NCBI RefSeq assembly: GCF_018350175.1
Contig: NC_058368.1
Coordinates: 180,670,001 to 180,734,000 of the forward strand
DNA: 64,000 nt
Origin: Felis catus
Lineage: Eukaryota
Direction of reading: 5' to 3'
Program-made: the position numbers and the translations under genes
Shown: in pieces, positions 38,355-52,411 of the stretch
Layout: the number at the start of each line of letters is the position of its first letter
How positions within the stretch are numbered: the stretch's first letter is position 1
Notes under the pieces: generated by a model
Database searches by the model: none
What the model was told of the DNA's origin: nothing
Seen by the model: the letters and a program-made list of their open reading frames with translations, nothing else

Positions 38355-38995
38355 CTTCCCAAATGCCAATCAACAAGTGAATGGACAAATTATAGTTTAT
38401 CCATATAATTGGAAATCTACTCAGCAATAAAAGGAATGAGCCACCGATACCACAACAACATGGTGAATCTTACAGACATGATGCTGAGTAAAAGAGGCCA
38501 GACACAAAAGGACGCAGGGTTCCCTGTTTATGAAACTCGAGAGAAGACAAACCTCATCTCTAGAAAGCAGATCAGTAGTGGGTTGGGATGAGGTAGGCAT
38601 GTGGCACAGGAGGCTTTCGAGCAGTGGCAATATTCTATATCATGAGTGTAATGGTGCTTACACAAACACATACAGTTTTTACGTTTTGAGAATCAAACTT
38701 AAAATGTGTGCACTTAGAATGTGTGCATTGAGGGGCGCCTGGGTGGTTCAGTCGGTTAAGCGTCCAACTTTGGCTCAGGTCATGATCTTGCGGTTTGTGA
38801 GTTCGAGCCCCGTGTTGGGCTCTGCTGACAGCTCAGAGCCTGGAGCCTGCTTTGGATTCCGTGTCTCGCTCTCTCTCTGCCCCTCCCCTGCTCATGCTCT
38901 GTCTCTCTCTGTCTCAAAAATAAATAAAACATTAAAAAATTGTTTAAATGTGTGCATTGGGTGGCTTGTAAACTATACCTAAATTAAGTTGATGT
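38355..38995 (+). mobile_element. Ancient L1ME-type 3' fragment interrupted by a SINE
   Basis: cccaaatgccaatcaacaagtgaatggacaaa...tactcagcaataaaaggaatga...gtaaaagaggccagacacaaaag. Confidence 0.75.
38732..38945 (+). mobile_element. Can-SINE (SINEC_Fc-type)
   Basis: ggggcgcctgggtggttcagtcggttaagcg head. TSD aatgtgtgcattg on both sides. Confidence 0.96.
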
Positions 38996-41900
38996 GAGAC
39001 AAAGATAGCAGAGTATGTGATAAAGTGTAAAGGAGGATCCAGTTTTAGACTCCCTTGTTAGGAAAGGGCTGAGGGCATGGTGTTTGGGCAGAGACCTGAC
39101 AAAAGTAAGGAAGGAGCCAAGTTATTACGTTGGGGAGGGACATTCCAGAGAGAGGGAATAACCAATGCAAATGCTCTGAGACAGTGAGTTTGGCGTGACA
39201 GGGGGAGAGCAGGAGGGCCAGGGTGGTGGGGTGGAGGGAGTAAGGAGGAGATGGCTGGTTAGCCAGCCTGTAGAAGGGTGGTCAGTGACATGCCATCAGA
39301 CATTTACTGAGCCCCTACTATGGACAAGCATTGCTGTGAGCACTGCAGACCTAATGGGCAACCTCATAGGGCTGACATTCCGGAACAACTTCAGATTTTC
39401 CTTTTAGCAGTGATGGGAGGCCAGTGGGAGATTTGCAGAGACTGAGTGCTCTGACAAATGGTTATAAAAGATGAGACCAGAGCCTTCTTTGTAATAAGAA
39501 GCGAGCTTCTTTCCTGGTGTGTTCATCGTGCCTGGTTCCTAGGAGGGCCCTTTGGGCTTGGCAGTGGCTTTGCTGGTTTGCTGGCTGAAGATAAGCAGAT
39601 TATGGGTTCTGTCAATTCTCCCTGAGGTCCCCCCCCCCCCGCCCCCCGGCACCATATATCAAGCCTAAAATTGTGGTTTTCAAGTTTCAAAGGAGTATGT
39701 TTTGAATGTCTCTGAATGGGGTGGTGGTATAGGGGGGATGAAAAATGAATAAAAATAGATTCGTTACCACTACTAAAGGGTGAGTTAGCACTCTCACAAC
39801 CACTCTGGTGAGCATCTCAGCCAGCCTTCTCCTGTAGCTGTTTCAGAGTGGGATTCCCAAGGGAAACAGGGGTAAACCTTAAACAATGAAGCCAGGGCAA
39901 GGCAGGGATAATGCACTCCCTGCTGGGTGACCCTTCCTGTGAATTCTTGGAGGGGTCTTAATGCCAGTGCCCACTAGCCACACAAGGGCAGAGCCAGCTC
40001 TGCCTTGTCCATTGCTGCAGCACCTGACACATGGCATAGAGTAGGTACTCAGTTAATGTGGGTGGAATCCAATATTATCACGTGCCTTTGGCAAAAATGG
40101 TGGCTCTATCTTAAGGCAGGATCTCCCTGGGAGATTGTTAGCCCTTTCATATGAAATTTTTGAGAGTAGGGAGAAACAGTTAAAAATTCTAAGTCCTAAT
40201 CTCCTATTCTCAAGACCTTGCCTCAGTACATAAGAGTGTGTGTGACTCAGAGCTTTGTGATGTGTGGACACTTTTTCCTTTGATTTAACATGTGCTCCTA
40301 GCTGGGGCTGTGTACATAGCTGTAAATGTGCAACAACTCAACACGGGGTCACAGCCTCTAAACCTCCAAAGGGGCCATCTTCCTCGGTGGCTCCTGGTCT
40401 TTTAAGAGCCAGCACTGAGAAGAAAAGCTATGCAATCGTTGGTGAGTGATGGCTCAAGAAAAGCACAGCTTCTAAAGTGAGGACAATCGTCATGTGAAGC
40501 TTCAACACAGTGCCCATAACAAGGGGTATCTTCACTGCCCTCTGCTTGAAAAGATCTTTCCTCTTTCTTTATCTGCTTAACTTGCCTTCTGAGACTCAGC
40601 TTGTGGAACATTTCCTCCAGGAAGCTGTCCTAAAATCCCACACAGGTTACAAGTGGTGGACTATTTTTATGATCTTGAACCTCCTATACCCAACTCTTTA
40701 ATAAAAATCACAGCTAACATTTGATTAGTTTATTATACAAAGGGCAAGAACAAACTCTGTAAATGATATATGGCAGCAGCTTCAGGAAACATACAAGAGA
40801 GTAGTGTTAGCAGGAGTCATGCCGTCCACCTCTCCCATCCCACAGAGAGCTGTGCTTAGACTGGACATGGCTGGAGGCAGTGGGCATTGGGCGCCAGGGG
40901 AGGGATCCCAATCCCCTGCCACCTCACATGTTTACAAAATGATTGAGAGGGGACAGAAATCACTTGGCTGAGGTGGAAGAACCAGATCTTTGCAACCTGG
41001 ATTAGTGGCTTGAGGAGGACCAACTACAACTCACTGTGTGTGCCCGTGCTGGTTTCTGCCAGAGGCCTCACCATTCTTCCTGTAGAGACTGCTGGTTGCT
41101 AAGTTACCTGTGAGTGAGCTGTAAGAGTTGTAGACCAGTCAGATTGATTGATTGATTGATCTCTGCAGGGTGCTTACTATTTGCTAGGCATTATCTCATT
41201 TATTCTCACAACCACCTGATGAAGCATAGTCCTCATTTCACAGATGATGAAACTGAATCCAGAGACAGTTGGCCATAAACATTCAGCTACTACATAGCAG
41301 AGATAAGATTCCAACCCAGAGCAGGCCAATTCTCAGTTCTTGTTTTCTGCCCCGTCTGCACCTCATGGCCCTCCCTACATGATGCTGCCATTGTTGCTTA
41401 ACTCGTTAGGTCTCCATCTCCTTAATGTTGGGCAAATACCTTTCATCTCTGTATCCCCAACACAGATCACAGACCTTTGGTGAACATTTGTTGAATGCAT
41501 AGATGAATTGATTTCACACTTTCTTCCCACAAGCTCATGCTCTCTCATCATGCTGCCTTTTGATCCAACCCTGGAGAAGGGTGGAAGGTATTTCTCTGAA
41601 GACCAAGTGAGCCACAGTGTAGAGGTCAAGTTCAATGAAACTGATGAACATCTCAAGGCTATTCCAAGATGCACAAAGTCTCTACCATGAGGCCAGGAAA
41701 ATGGAGGTTTTAGCTCTCAGTGCCTTGCTGACGTTGAGTTCCTATTTACTACACATTCTTATCTAATTGTCTTTAGCCTATGGCTTATCAAAAATGTCAC
41801 ATTTGGCTCCTCGCCCTCCCAAGATCAATAGGAGGATCTTCTAGGGGCTGGTTGTGAAAATAAATCAAATATATCTCTGAAGAGAGGGAGTGAACTGGGA

Positions 41901-42659
41901 ACATGTCCAGTCACAAAATGGCTTCCCAAGCACTAAAGAGGAACAGAATCACAGGCACTGGCTAGCTTCTCTCAGGGCATGGTCTCAATCTTTCATCAGG
42001 CAGCAGCGTGACCTTGGGCAAGTTACTTCAGCTCTCTGAATCTCCACTCTCCGATCCCTAAGCCAACGATAGTAAAAGCACCTACCTCTGAAGGCCATTA
42101 AGGAGTCGGGCCAGGCTCATGGTAAGCAATCAATGTCAGCTATTCTCCTGGCTATTATTATTGTTATAAAAGTTTGACATATTGTAAATCCTTTGTGCCA
42201 GCAATTCCACTCTTAAGAATTCATCTTAAGGAAATTATTAAAAAAATACACGAACATAAACCTGCAAAGATGTTTACTGTGGTAGGATTATAATGTTGAA
42301 AGAGGGAGATTGATTAAAAAAATTTAATCTTTAGAATGGACTACTTTTGAAGCATTTAAAATGAGTTTATGGAAGAATATTTAGATTTAGGAAGATGTTT
42401 CCTACCTTTCTTTATGCAAAGAATCAAGGCAAAAACTATGTGCGGTATAATCCTATATTTGTAAGAATGGTTGCTATATGTGAACAGAAAACTGTCTGGA
42501 AAATATACCAAAAAATGTTAATGTTTTCTATTTTTCCTAGCATCATCATATATTGCTTTTATAATGAGAAAAACACAAATAAAGATTATCTTTTTAAAAA
42601 ATTGAAATTTGTTTTGTTTGTTTGGGGACTTGTGTTATAGAGGCTTTGGAAAAACATGA

Positions 42660-42900
42660 TAATAGTAACTTATATCATTTCTGTACACAGACACAGTTCT
42701 AAGTGCCTTATAACGATTGCCTCACTTAAATCTCACAACGATGCTACGAATGTATAATACTATTATCTCCATTTTACAGCTGAGGTAATGCAGGCACAGA
42801 GAGGTTGAGTGACGTGTCCAAGGTCACACAGCTTTGAAGTACTAGAGTTTGAAATTCATGACCAGGCAGTCTGGACTGGTCCATACTTTTCTGCCCATGT
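42660..42900 (-). mobile_element. MIR relic
   Basis: ccattttacagctgaggtaatgcaggcacagagaggttgagtgacgtgtccaaggtcacacagc. Confidence 0.8.
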
Positions 42901-45900
42901 CTTTCTGTGTTGGGAACAGCAGCATTAGGCACACCACAGAGTATTTATTTAAGCTTTATTTTTGTGTATTTATATATTTAAAAAAATTATATTTAAATCT
43001 CCACACTGACTTGACACATGCAACAGGGTGTATTATTGGAGGATATTTGGAATTAATGAAAGGCCACTTAAAATGAATGTCCTTAACAAATGGGAAAATG
43101 ATTAGACCTTTATCTTGAAGAATGAAACTCTAATTATGAACACCTTCTTTTTCTCCCAGACTTAGGGTAATTCAGGTGATATTAGCAACTATGCTCTAAT
43201 TGTTAGAACACACACAAAAAATGTGATGGCAAACATTTCATTGTCTCTCAGCCTCATTGATTGCAAAACACATCCTGGTTTCAGAGATGTCAAAGATGAC
43301 CATTATGTGCATCTCCGAATCGATGGAGTACTCGAGAACAATACAGCATCACTTTGGCTTGACTGGTGTAACACAATCAAAAGGGATCTTTCGGTAAACA
43401 TACTGGACGTCTTTGTCAAATGTCCTAGGACCTCTCTTTATGTTATTATAATCGTCTTCTTGAAGTGCTGATTCTGTCACCTTGTTACTTCTCGCTGCTG
43501 CATATTTAGCTATTTTACCTCAGCCAGATCCACGTTTACCAAGGCTTCCCCAGCAATTTAGAGCAGACCTCTGGCACCACTCTCACGGACCTAGTGAGAT
43601 TCCCGTTCGGGGCATGAGTTGTAGTTTTATTCTGTCGGGGCTTGCGTTGTGCTCTGTGCAGGCTGCTCCCACCAGAGGGGAGAAAAAAGAAAGGTCTGAC
43701 GGCTGTACCCTGTATGTACCAGCGCTGCAGCTCTGAACTCTTCCTCAGTTGTTTCACGTGTAAAGTGGTGGTAGGCTCCTAATACTGCCTACCTCACTGT
43801 GTTGTTGGGAGGATAAAATAATTCATGGGGAACAGTCCCCGGCACAGTGAGCCCCCAACAAATGCTTTCTATTATTACCTTAACTAGTTTTAAATGGAGA
43901 CGGAGCTCTGAGTGGAGAACGTTTTTGTAAGTGATCAGGTGATGAATGAATATTTTTGTCTTGTAACAACTTTTGCTTTCCTATGAAACATCCTTAACCT
44001 GAAAGAGGCTTCAACAAACATTTTAGAAGCCATTAATTTTTTGTGAAGATGTTGGAATAAAGCTTTCCTTACTATCTCTGACCATAGACTTGAACTTTTC
44101 CAGCTCTCATCTATTAGGAAGCTTATTTATCTACACGTGGCTTTCTTTGAAAGCACACTGGTGTGCTGTGTGTTTGCTCAGATAAAGTTGTATGAGCAGC
44201 TGTACTGGTGGTTCCTGTTCTACCAAATGCCCGACAGAGAAGAAATGCAAGTTTGTGCTAGAAGCTGAAACCAGAGGAGCAATTTCCAAAGAACATGTAA
44301 CATGTCCCATAAAGGTGAGATAGAGATAGAGACAGAGGTAGAAATGGAGACATATTTAGTGAAGAGAGTTTCAAAGCTTATTTTAAGTTTAGGGTCCAAC
44401 CTCTCTCTTTCTGTATTTAAGGCAAGGGATGTGAGTAGTTGTTAGATATCTTAAGCGAGTTAGCCTTGAAACTATGATTTCCTATTGTGCCTCTTTCGAG
44501 CTTGTGGATCAATTTAACTGAAGAGTATTCAGGGGCTGTGAGGGAAGTGATGAAAGAAAATACTGTTGTATATATATATTCATTGTGATTTTTCTCAAAA
44601 CAGTGCAAACAAAACAAAGCATGTGAATGAATTGAATCTTGAGAGTGACATAAGATTAAAGTCACCATCTATAGCTTTCTAATGCTTGTTTTACTCAAAA
44701 TAGACTCATGCTTGTCATGGATGCACTTTTCTTAAAGAGAAAGACATTACAACAATTAAGAAAAGTATAAAAAATATGGTAACAAATACTCATACTTGAA
44801 CCAAAGGAATAAATATTAACTTTTTGTCATATTTATTTCCAATCTTTGTGTGTGTGTGCTGGAGATGGGGAGGGAGTTTGCTTTATTGTTAATATTTTAT
44901 TATGGATAAAAGCAAGGGCTTTTTGAACCTAATTCTCAGTCCTGTTCTCCTCACCTACTCCTAGAGATGAACACCCTCAGGAGTTTATTCTCTCTCCCTG
45001 TATCTCTATCTATGTGGCTATATATAGAGAGTTTTTCTCTGTATTATGCATATAATAAACATACATATACTGAGATTAACATAGTAAATATGGATTTGAA
45101 CTATACACTATATTTATGCTAATAAAACCATCCAAACTTTTATCTATTTTATCCATGGGGTTCTATATCTGATTGCACTAGAAGATAAAGGTCCTTGCTT
45201 AGAAAATTTGCAAACTCCTGAATTATAGCCCCTCTGAGAGTCTATGCAGTCTGAATATGTGATGTAGTCCTGCCCCCTCTTATTCATCTCTGTCTTCCCA
45301 GTTTCTTTCTCCCCAAGTTCCACGTTCTCAAGCATTACCCTTCTTGAAAAACATCCACAGCCTCCTCCCATGCAGCCCTCTCAACACCAGCTCTCATATA
45401 GAACTCATGCATCCCTGGAGATTTCTCCTTAGCTCTGCTTGGTAGCTGCCCAGGGGGGTACCCACTCATTTAAGTGGCAGTTTTGGTTCCTGTTAGGATA
45501 CACCAGACAATCACAAGAGATCTCCTGAGAAAGACATTTTCAAAAGCACTTTTAATCCAATACAGAAGAAACCAAGTCTCTCTTGGTTTCACAAAACCTT
45601 TCTCCATATCTCAGATTTTTTGGGAAAAGAAGAGTCTGAAAAACACACCTGTAAAAATACGCCTCCATCCAAAATGAAGTTAAATCACTATGTGATGTGC
45701 TTTGCAAACTGACAGTCAAACCCTGATATTCCCTCCGCATGAAGCTCACAGCTCCACAGGAAGGGGTAAAATCCAGGGAGATCCCATCTGACTGGTTAGT
45801 GGGCACTGAGAGGGTGCAGAGATGGCAGCAGGCTGAAAGAAGCAGTGTGTTCAGAGCACTCAGTGTTCCCATGTCCCAGGGACCTAGCCAGTCCCATCTG

Positions 45901-45921
45901 TAATTGAAACAGCCTGCTGTA

Positions 45922-46131
45922 GGGGCACCTGCATGGCTCAGACAGTTGAGCATCCGACTCTGCTCAGGTCATGATCTCACGGTTAGTGGGTTAGTGATTT
46001 CAAGCCCCATGGTGGGTTCTCTGCTGTCAGCACAGAGCCTGCTTCAGATCCTTTGTCTCCCTCTCCCTCTGTACCTCTCTGCTAGCATTCTATCTCTCTC
46101 AAATATCAAAAAGTAAACATTAAAAAAAAAA
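45922..46131 (+). mobile_element. Can-SINE
   Basis: ggggcacctgcatggctcag head, CT-rich body and A tail. Confidence 0.9.
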
Positions 46132-46215
46132 CAACTATGTGCCATTTACACACAAGGGTGAGAGAGAAGGGGACACAGAAAGTGAGAGTTCACTTTTAAA
46201 AAAGGCTCTGAATCA

Positions 46216-46422
46216 GGTGCACCTGGGTGGCTCAGTTGGTTAAGCATTCGACTCCTGATTTTGGCTCAGGTCATGGTCTCATGGTTCATGGGATGGAGCC
46301 CCACGATGGGCTCTGTGCTGACACTGTGGAGTGTGATCAGGATTCTCTCATTCTCTTTGCCCCTCCTCTGCTCCTGCTCTCTCTATTTCAAAATAAATTA
46401 AAAAAAAAAACATGTTTTTTTT
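46216..46422 (+). mobile_element. Can-SINE
   Basis: ggtgcacctgggtggctcagttggttaagc head. TSD aaaaggctct(g/a)aat. Confidence 0.92.
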
Positions 46423-47890
46423 AAAAGGCTCTAAATTAGAAAGGGATAAACCTGAGAGGGCAGAAGCTAACATCACTAATCAACATCTATAAATTTGCTT
46501 TAAAAAATGTCATATAGGGGAACTCTGCTGATGAAGACACATAATTCCTTAGCTCATTTTATCGTGGTCCATGCATGCTCCATCTCCCAAATTTGCATGT
46601 ATTTCCTATGATCATGGGGCAATTGGTGGTGTCCTAGATACTTCTTCTTTATTGTTTATTGTGCCTTGTGGCTAGTTTACTTCTTATCCTACAGACACGT
46701 CTCAGTAAAAAGCACCAGGGGTTGACAATGTCTACTTCTATCTCAGTGCCATACAATCCCTAGTATCTCCCTCTAAGAAATCTGCTGGAGCTGCAAGCCC
46801 ACCCTCTGCTTCCAAGTTCCATCTGGAAGTCACTGGGCTCATGGCTCCATCAGTCTGAGTGATGAAACAGACATTTTTAATATTTGCTAAACAGGACTGT
46901 GAAGAAGGTGAGTCTCAGCAGGGCTCCCAAGCGGTAAGTGCATCTTGTTGTCTCAGGTTAATCATGTACCTCATTTGCCGATTATTGACTTGTTCTCACA
47001 AAGGATTTTACTTGGCTTGACATATCAGTAGCAATCAGTGATAAACTGTCAAGCAAACTTGCTCACTGCCTTAACCACCAAAGACCCTGACTTGCAGTAA
47101 CAGCCTTAAAATTTCCTTTGATGTCGAGCACTGTAGCCAGGTCAGATTATTATTATTTCTTTAAGTCTGATCGGTATCCTTCCTAGAACTGGGGTTGAGC
47201 AAATCTGACAGTTTGTAGGGTTTCAAATACCTGGAAAGATGCACTAGGCTTCCTCACTCACCTTCCCCGTAAGAATTCAAATTGGTCGGTTGAGAATGGC
47301 TTATATCGACTTTGTTTTGTTTTGTTTTTGTCTTGGTCTTAAAAAATGCAAAGGAGAGTGTCAAAATGTTGCATTTCAAAGACAATAGCTACCTTTCAAA
47401 TGGACAAAGATTAAACAACAGTAGCATTCAGTTTATGTAACGGTTCAGGTAAATAAAATGGGCACACTGCTGCTGGTAGGTAGGAATATATGGAGAGTAA
47501 CTGGTGTAAACCTACAGAAGGACAATTTAGCAATCCATATTAATTCTGTAAGGGTTTACTTTCAGGGAAAGAATTAAGGGTGTACACAAACACTAGCCAC
47601 AAGGACAGGTATCCCAACATTTTATTGCAAGTCGCTAGGGCTTTTCGTTGATTTATCTAGTGCTCCACTTCTCAGGGTCAACACCAGATTGCACTTCCTG
47701 CTCCACTGAAGTTAGGATAGGACTCGCTTTGGTCCATAAGACAAGGGGAATATCCAAGCAGTCCAAGATGCTCTACCTTCCTTCACTACAGGGAACTAGT
47801 AAAGCCTGGATAGGGGAAGTTCCACGGGTCTGTGTCCCTGAATGAGGCTCACCTGGCACCAAGTCTTCCTTCATCCATGTGAACGTGTAA

Positions 47891-48098
47891 AGTGGGGTTT
47901 CCAACTTCAGCACTACTGGCATCCTGGGAGGGATAATTCTTTGTTTGGGGGGTGTCCTGTGCGTGTGTGACAGCATCCCTAGGCTTGACCCACTAGCTGT
48001 TAGTAGCAGCTTTGGCCCAGTGTGACAACCATAAATATCCCCCAGACATTGCTGAATGAATCTGGGTGGAGGGGAGGGCGAAATCATCCCTGGTAAAC
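47891..48098 (+). mobile_element. MER20-like hAT-Charlie MITE
   Basis: ggataattctttgtttggggggtgtcctgtgc...cagcatccct...gtgtgacaaccataaatatcccccagacattgc. Confidence 0.85.
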
Positions 48099-48436
48099 AA
48101 AAAATGCCTTCTACTATTTTAAGTCATTTAGATTCTTAGGTTGCCCCCACTCTACAACTTAGAGATTTTATTGCAGCAAAAACATATGTAAACATTTATC
48201 AAAAGGGGACTGCTTCAAATGATGGGTGTTTCTGCTCCTTTTTGTTTGTGTGTTTAGAAATTTTTTTCTGCAACGAAAACACAGTTTGTTCTTCCATAAG
48301 AAGGAAAAAACACTAGAAAATTAATTTTAAAAACTGTATTTGCATAATAACTCATCTATATACAGTGTTTGCTAGGGCCACATAGAGTTTCTTAGTACCA
48401 TGAAACACTAGTATCTGGTATTTTTTTTAAATTGAC

Positions 48437-48650
48437 GGGGCGCCTGGGTGGCTCAGTTCGGTTAAGCGTCTGACTTCAGCTCAGGTCACGATCTCGCGGT
48501 CCGTGAGTTCGAGCCCCGCATCAGGCTCTGTGCTGACAGCTCAGAGCCTGGAGCCTGTTTCAGATTCTGTGTCTCCCTCTCTCTCTGACCCTCCCCCGTT
48601 CATGCTCTGTCTCTCTCTGTCTCAAAAATAAATAAAAACGTTAAAAAAAA
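48437..48650 (+). mobile_element. Relatively young SINEC_Fc
   Basis: CpG-retaining head (ggggcgcctgg...gtcacgatctcgcggtccgtgagttcgagccccgc). Flanking tttaaattg repeat. Confidence 0.96.
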
Positions 48651-51188
48651 TTTAAATTGTGCTTTAGTTTACAGCGTGTTTTCCCATTCTACGTTTGTGG
48701 TGGTGGTATAATTACAACAACGTTGTGAGCCAGGTAAGGTAGGTAGACAAAGAAATGGAGGATAAAAGAGGTTAGGGGACAAGGCTTAGGTCTCCTGGTT
48801 AATATGTAGCAGGGCTTCCATTCCGAGTTCTCCAATTCCAGGACTTTCTCCCCTATGCCATGTTGCCTCTGCACCACTGTAAAAAGCCACTTTCAAAAAG
48901 TCAACTGGGACACACTCTGATTCTTGAGAAATATAAGCAGGTAAAAAAGGATTCTCTTCTGTATTTAATATCCTTGGACAAGGATACTAAACCTTGTAGA
49001 CTCTTGGTCAAAGCATGATACTCAATAAAATTTAAGCATAGCTATTTCATGCAACACAGCCAATAGAATTTCATAGTCATCCCCCCCCACCACCTCCCCA
49101 TATCTTTCTCTTTCTCTCTTTCCAGCTCAAATGAGTCACCTTGGCTACACTGCCAATCCCCATAGAACTTATGTTCCTTGATAGGATATGCCAATAGAAA
49201 TGAGAAATTCTATAATGGTTCGAGATGTGAGTTAGTCACCTATCCCTGCAAGGAGCTAAGTACCGTCTCCTCAAGGAAATGTACCTCATCAAATGGACAT
49301 GAATGCATGTAATGACAGTGACTGAATGTGAGAATGTGTAGGGAGTTGTTTTTTTTTCTCTTTTTCTTTTTTTTAAGAAGTGTCCCTATATTGTACCTGT
49401 CTTGTGCATTTCTAAGTATCTGCACTGTGTCTCGCTTACTTGACCCTGTAACACACGCTAAACTCCCAAATTGGCAGCTGGACTGAAACCCTCAGCGTAC
49501 ATCAGCCCATGCCTATTCATTTCCCTTCCCTTGAACTGTGATGAGGCTGTCCCTGGAGTGGAGCTATTTTGAGAGGACGACCGCTAGAACAATCACTAGC
49601 CTGGCAGGAGATGGACAGTGTGGTGTAGCCACAAAAGAAGAAAAGACATTGTCATTGAGGGTTTGAGTCCTGAATGTCAGAACAGCAGGGAAACTGGGTA
49701 GAGTATGTTTCTGCCTGCTGTCCACTATCACTCAGTTACAGAGTTACCCACTTGACTTGCCATGATCATTTGCTTTTCCATGATACTAGTTGTTCAGAGC
49801 ATGCAAGGGAAGGGGGATAACAGTGCTTTGGAACAGTGTCGGGAAGAAGCGTTTTTCTCCAGCAAAGCACTTGCATCCAACTGGCTGAGAGGAAAGTTAT
49901 TCTCAGCTGTGCCCAGAGGCATGTTCATATTTACTCGAATAAGGCCAATAAGCAGATTTCACCACCACTGCAAGTGGTGCTGTAGTAGAATCAGTGGAGC
50001 CTGAAGGTCAAGGAGACCACCTCACAATTTACTTAACTTCCCAGAGCATCACCCTGCTGCCTGCCAGAAGTTACAGAAATGCCACAGGGATTCCTGTCAG
50101 CCCACTTCCTCTCTTTCTCTTGATGAGAATCTCTTTGAAGAGCAGATACAATTTTTGTATCGGGAGTTCTGCTTGGTCAGGGGCTGTGTTAACTCATCCC
50201 TGAATAATCAGTGCCTCAACCAATAAATATTTTTCTGGATGGGTGGATGGATGGAGGATTTATTGATTACTACTTTACATATTGGTCCCTATAGCATGGA
50301 CTGTGTATGCTAAAACAAAACAAACAGAAAACAAAAAGCCCCCAAAGCCCTCCTCTAAGGCTCTGTGATACTTTCAGGTTGTAAAGATGGGGCTGCAAAT
50401 AAGTTTCATCATGAGAGCCAACACTGGTCAGTTGGTAGCAGCTGCCTTGAGGGTTCTGTGGGAGGTATCTATGCATTGAGATCACTGAGGACAAAGTGCA
50501 GCCCTCGATTAGCGATTAGCGATGTCTGCCAGGAGCCAAAGCCAAGGAAATGGTGGCCTGATGCCTTTGCATTTGCCAATGGGTTTAGAGCTCGCAATTC
50601 TTTCAATTCAATTTTCTAGATGAATACCTTTCCAACACATTTTAAAGTCATCTTTGACTGCATATAATGGGTAGTTAAGGAAGTTTTCCTTCCACTGGGG
50701 TATTTTCCTAATGTACTTCTTTATGTACTTGCCGGATTTGAAAGCAAATGAGGCGGGAAAGCCCTACGTGGTTTTTCTCAGGATATGCAATTCTTATTGG
50801 AAAAGAAAACCAAGCTAGGTGGGTGTTAATTTATCCCCAATGGTGGGTATATAATAAAATCTCTGCCAGGACAAATTAAAGGAGGGGTGAGAGAAGAGAC
50901 AATGAAATTCATACTCTAATCCAGTCTCTTCATTCCCAACATGGGATAATCTGACTTTCAAAGTGCTAAGGATGTCCCAAGGAACTCAGTAGAGGGTAGA
51001 ACAGAAGAACAGAAATCACAGATAAATGGCTGAATTTTGGTCAGTGTTACACAACTCTTTTTAAATTCACTGGGATGTCTCCTAGTGATATTTTAACAAA
51101 CTAATACAATAACTAGAATACCTGAAAAGTGCCTGAGGATTCACCCCCAGGGCTAGCAAAGCTGACTTCTTCAGATAGGAATGTTATC

Positions 51189-52148
51189 TTTTTTTTTTTT
51201 GGACACACCATACAAACAACATAAACTATGCCATTTTACATTCTAGTAGTGGTTTTTTTTTTAATTTTAAAATTATTTTTTATTTAGTTTCTGAGAGAGA
51301 GTCAGAGAGCAATTTGGGGAGGGGCATAGAGAGAGAGGGGGAGACACATAATCTGAAGCAGGATCCAGGCTCCCAGCTTTAGCACAGAGCCTGACACTGA
51401 GCTCAAACACACAAACTGTGAGATTATGACCTGAGCCAAAGTTGGACACTTAACTGACTGGGCCACCCAGATGCTCCTACATTCTAGTAGTTTTTGAATG
51501 TATTCACAATGTTGTACAACTGTCACCACTAATTCCTGAGCATTTACAATATCCCTAAAAGAAACCTACCATACCTACCAGCAGTCAGTAACAATTCCCT
51601 CCTCTCTCACCCCTGGCAATCACTAATCCCCTTTCCATCTCTATGAATTTGCCTATTCTTGACAGTATAAATGGAATCATACAATATATGGGCTTTTGTA
51701 TCTGGATTCTGTCACCTAACACCATACTTTTCAGACTCATCAATGTTGTAGTGTATAACAACACTTCATTCCTTGATATAGTTGCATAGTATTTCACTGT
51801 ATGCATATATCACATTTTGTTTATCCATTCATCCAGTTCATGGGCATTTGGGTTGTTTCCACTTTTTGACTATTATGAATTACGCTGCTTTGAATGTTCA
51901 TGTATATGTTTTTATGAGAAATAACCTTTTCAATTCTCTGTGTATATGCCTAGAAGTGGAATTACTGGGTCAGATGGTGACTGTATGTTTAACTTTTTGA
52001 AGAACTGTCAAACTGTTTTCCACAGGAGCTGCACCATTTTACATTCCTACCAGCAACATACCAATGTTCCAATTTCTCCACACCCCTGCCAACACTTGTT
52101 ATTGTCCAACTTCCAACTATAGTCATCCTAGTGGGTGAGGAGTAGTAA
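51189..52148 (-). mobile_element. L1MB-type ORF2 end and 3' UTR fragment, same sense as TENM2, interrupted by a SINE
   Basis: Reverse L1 motifs: aaatggaatcatacaatat, catttgggttgtttccacttttt, agaagtggaattactgggtca, gctgcaccattttacattcctaccagcaa. ORF 51585..51806 resembles the ORF2 C-terminus. Confidence 0.9.
51251..51477 (-). mobile_element. Can-SINE nested in the L1MB fragment
   Basis: Perfect 14-bp TSD tacattctagtagt at 51237-51250 and 51478-51491. Confidence 0.94.
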
Positions 52149-52177
52149 TTTTTTAAAACTCATATCAAGTATGTTCA

Positions 52178-52411
<234 letters not shown>

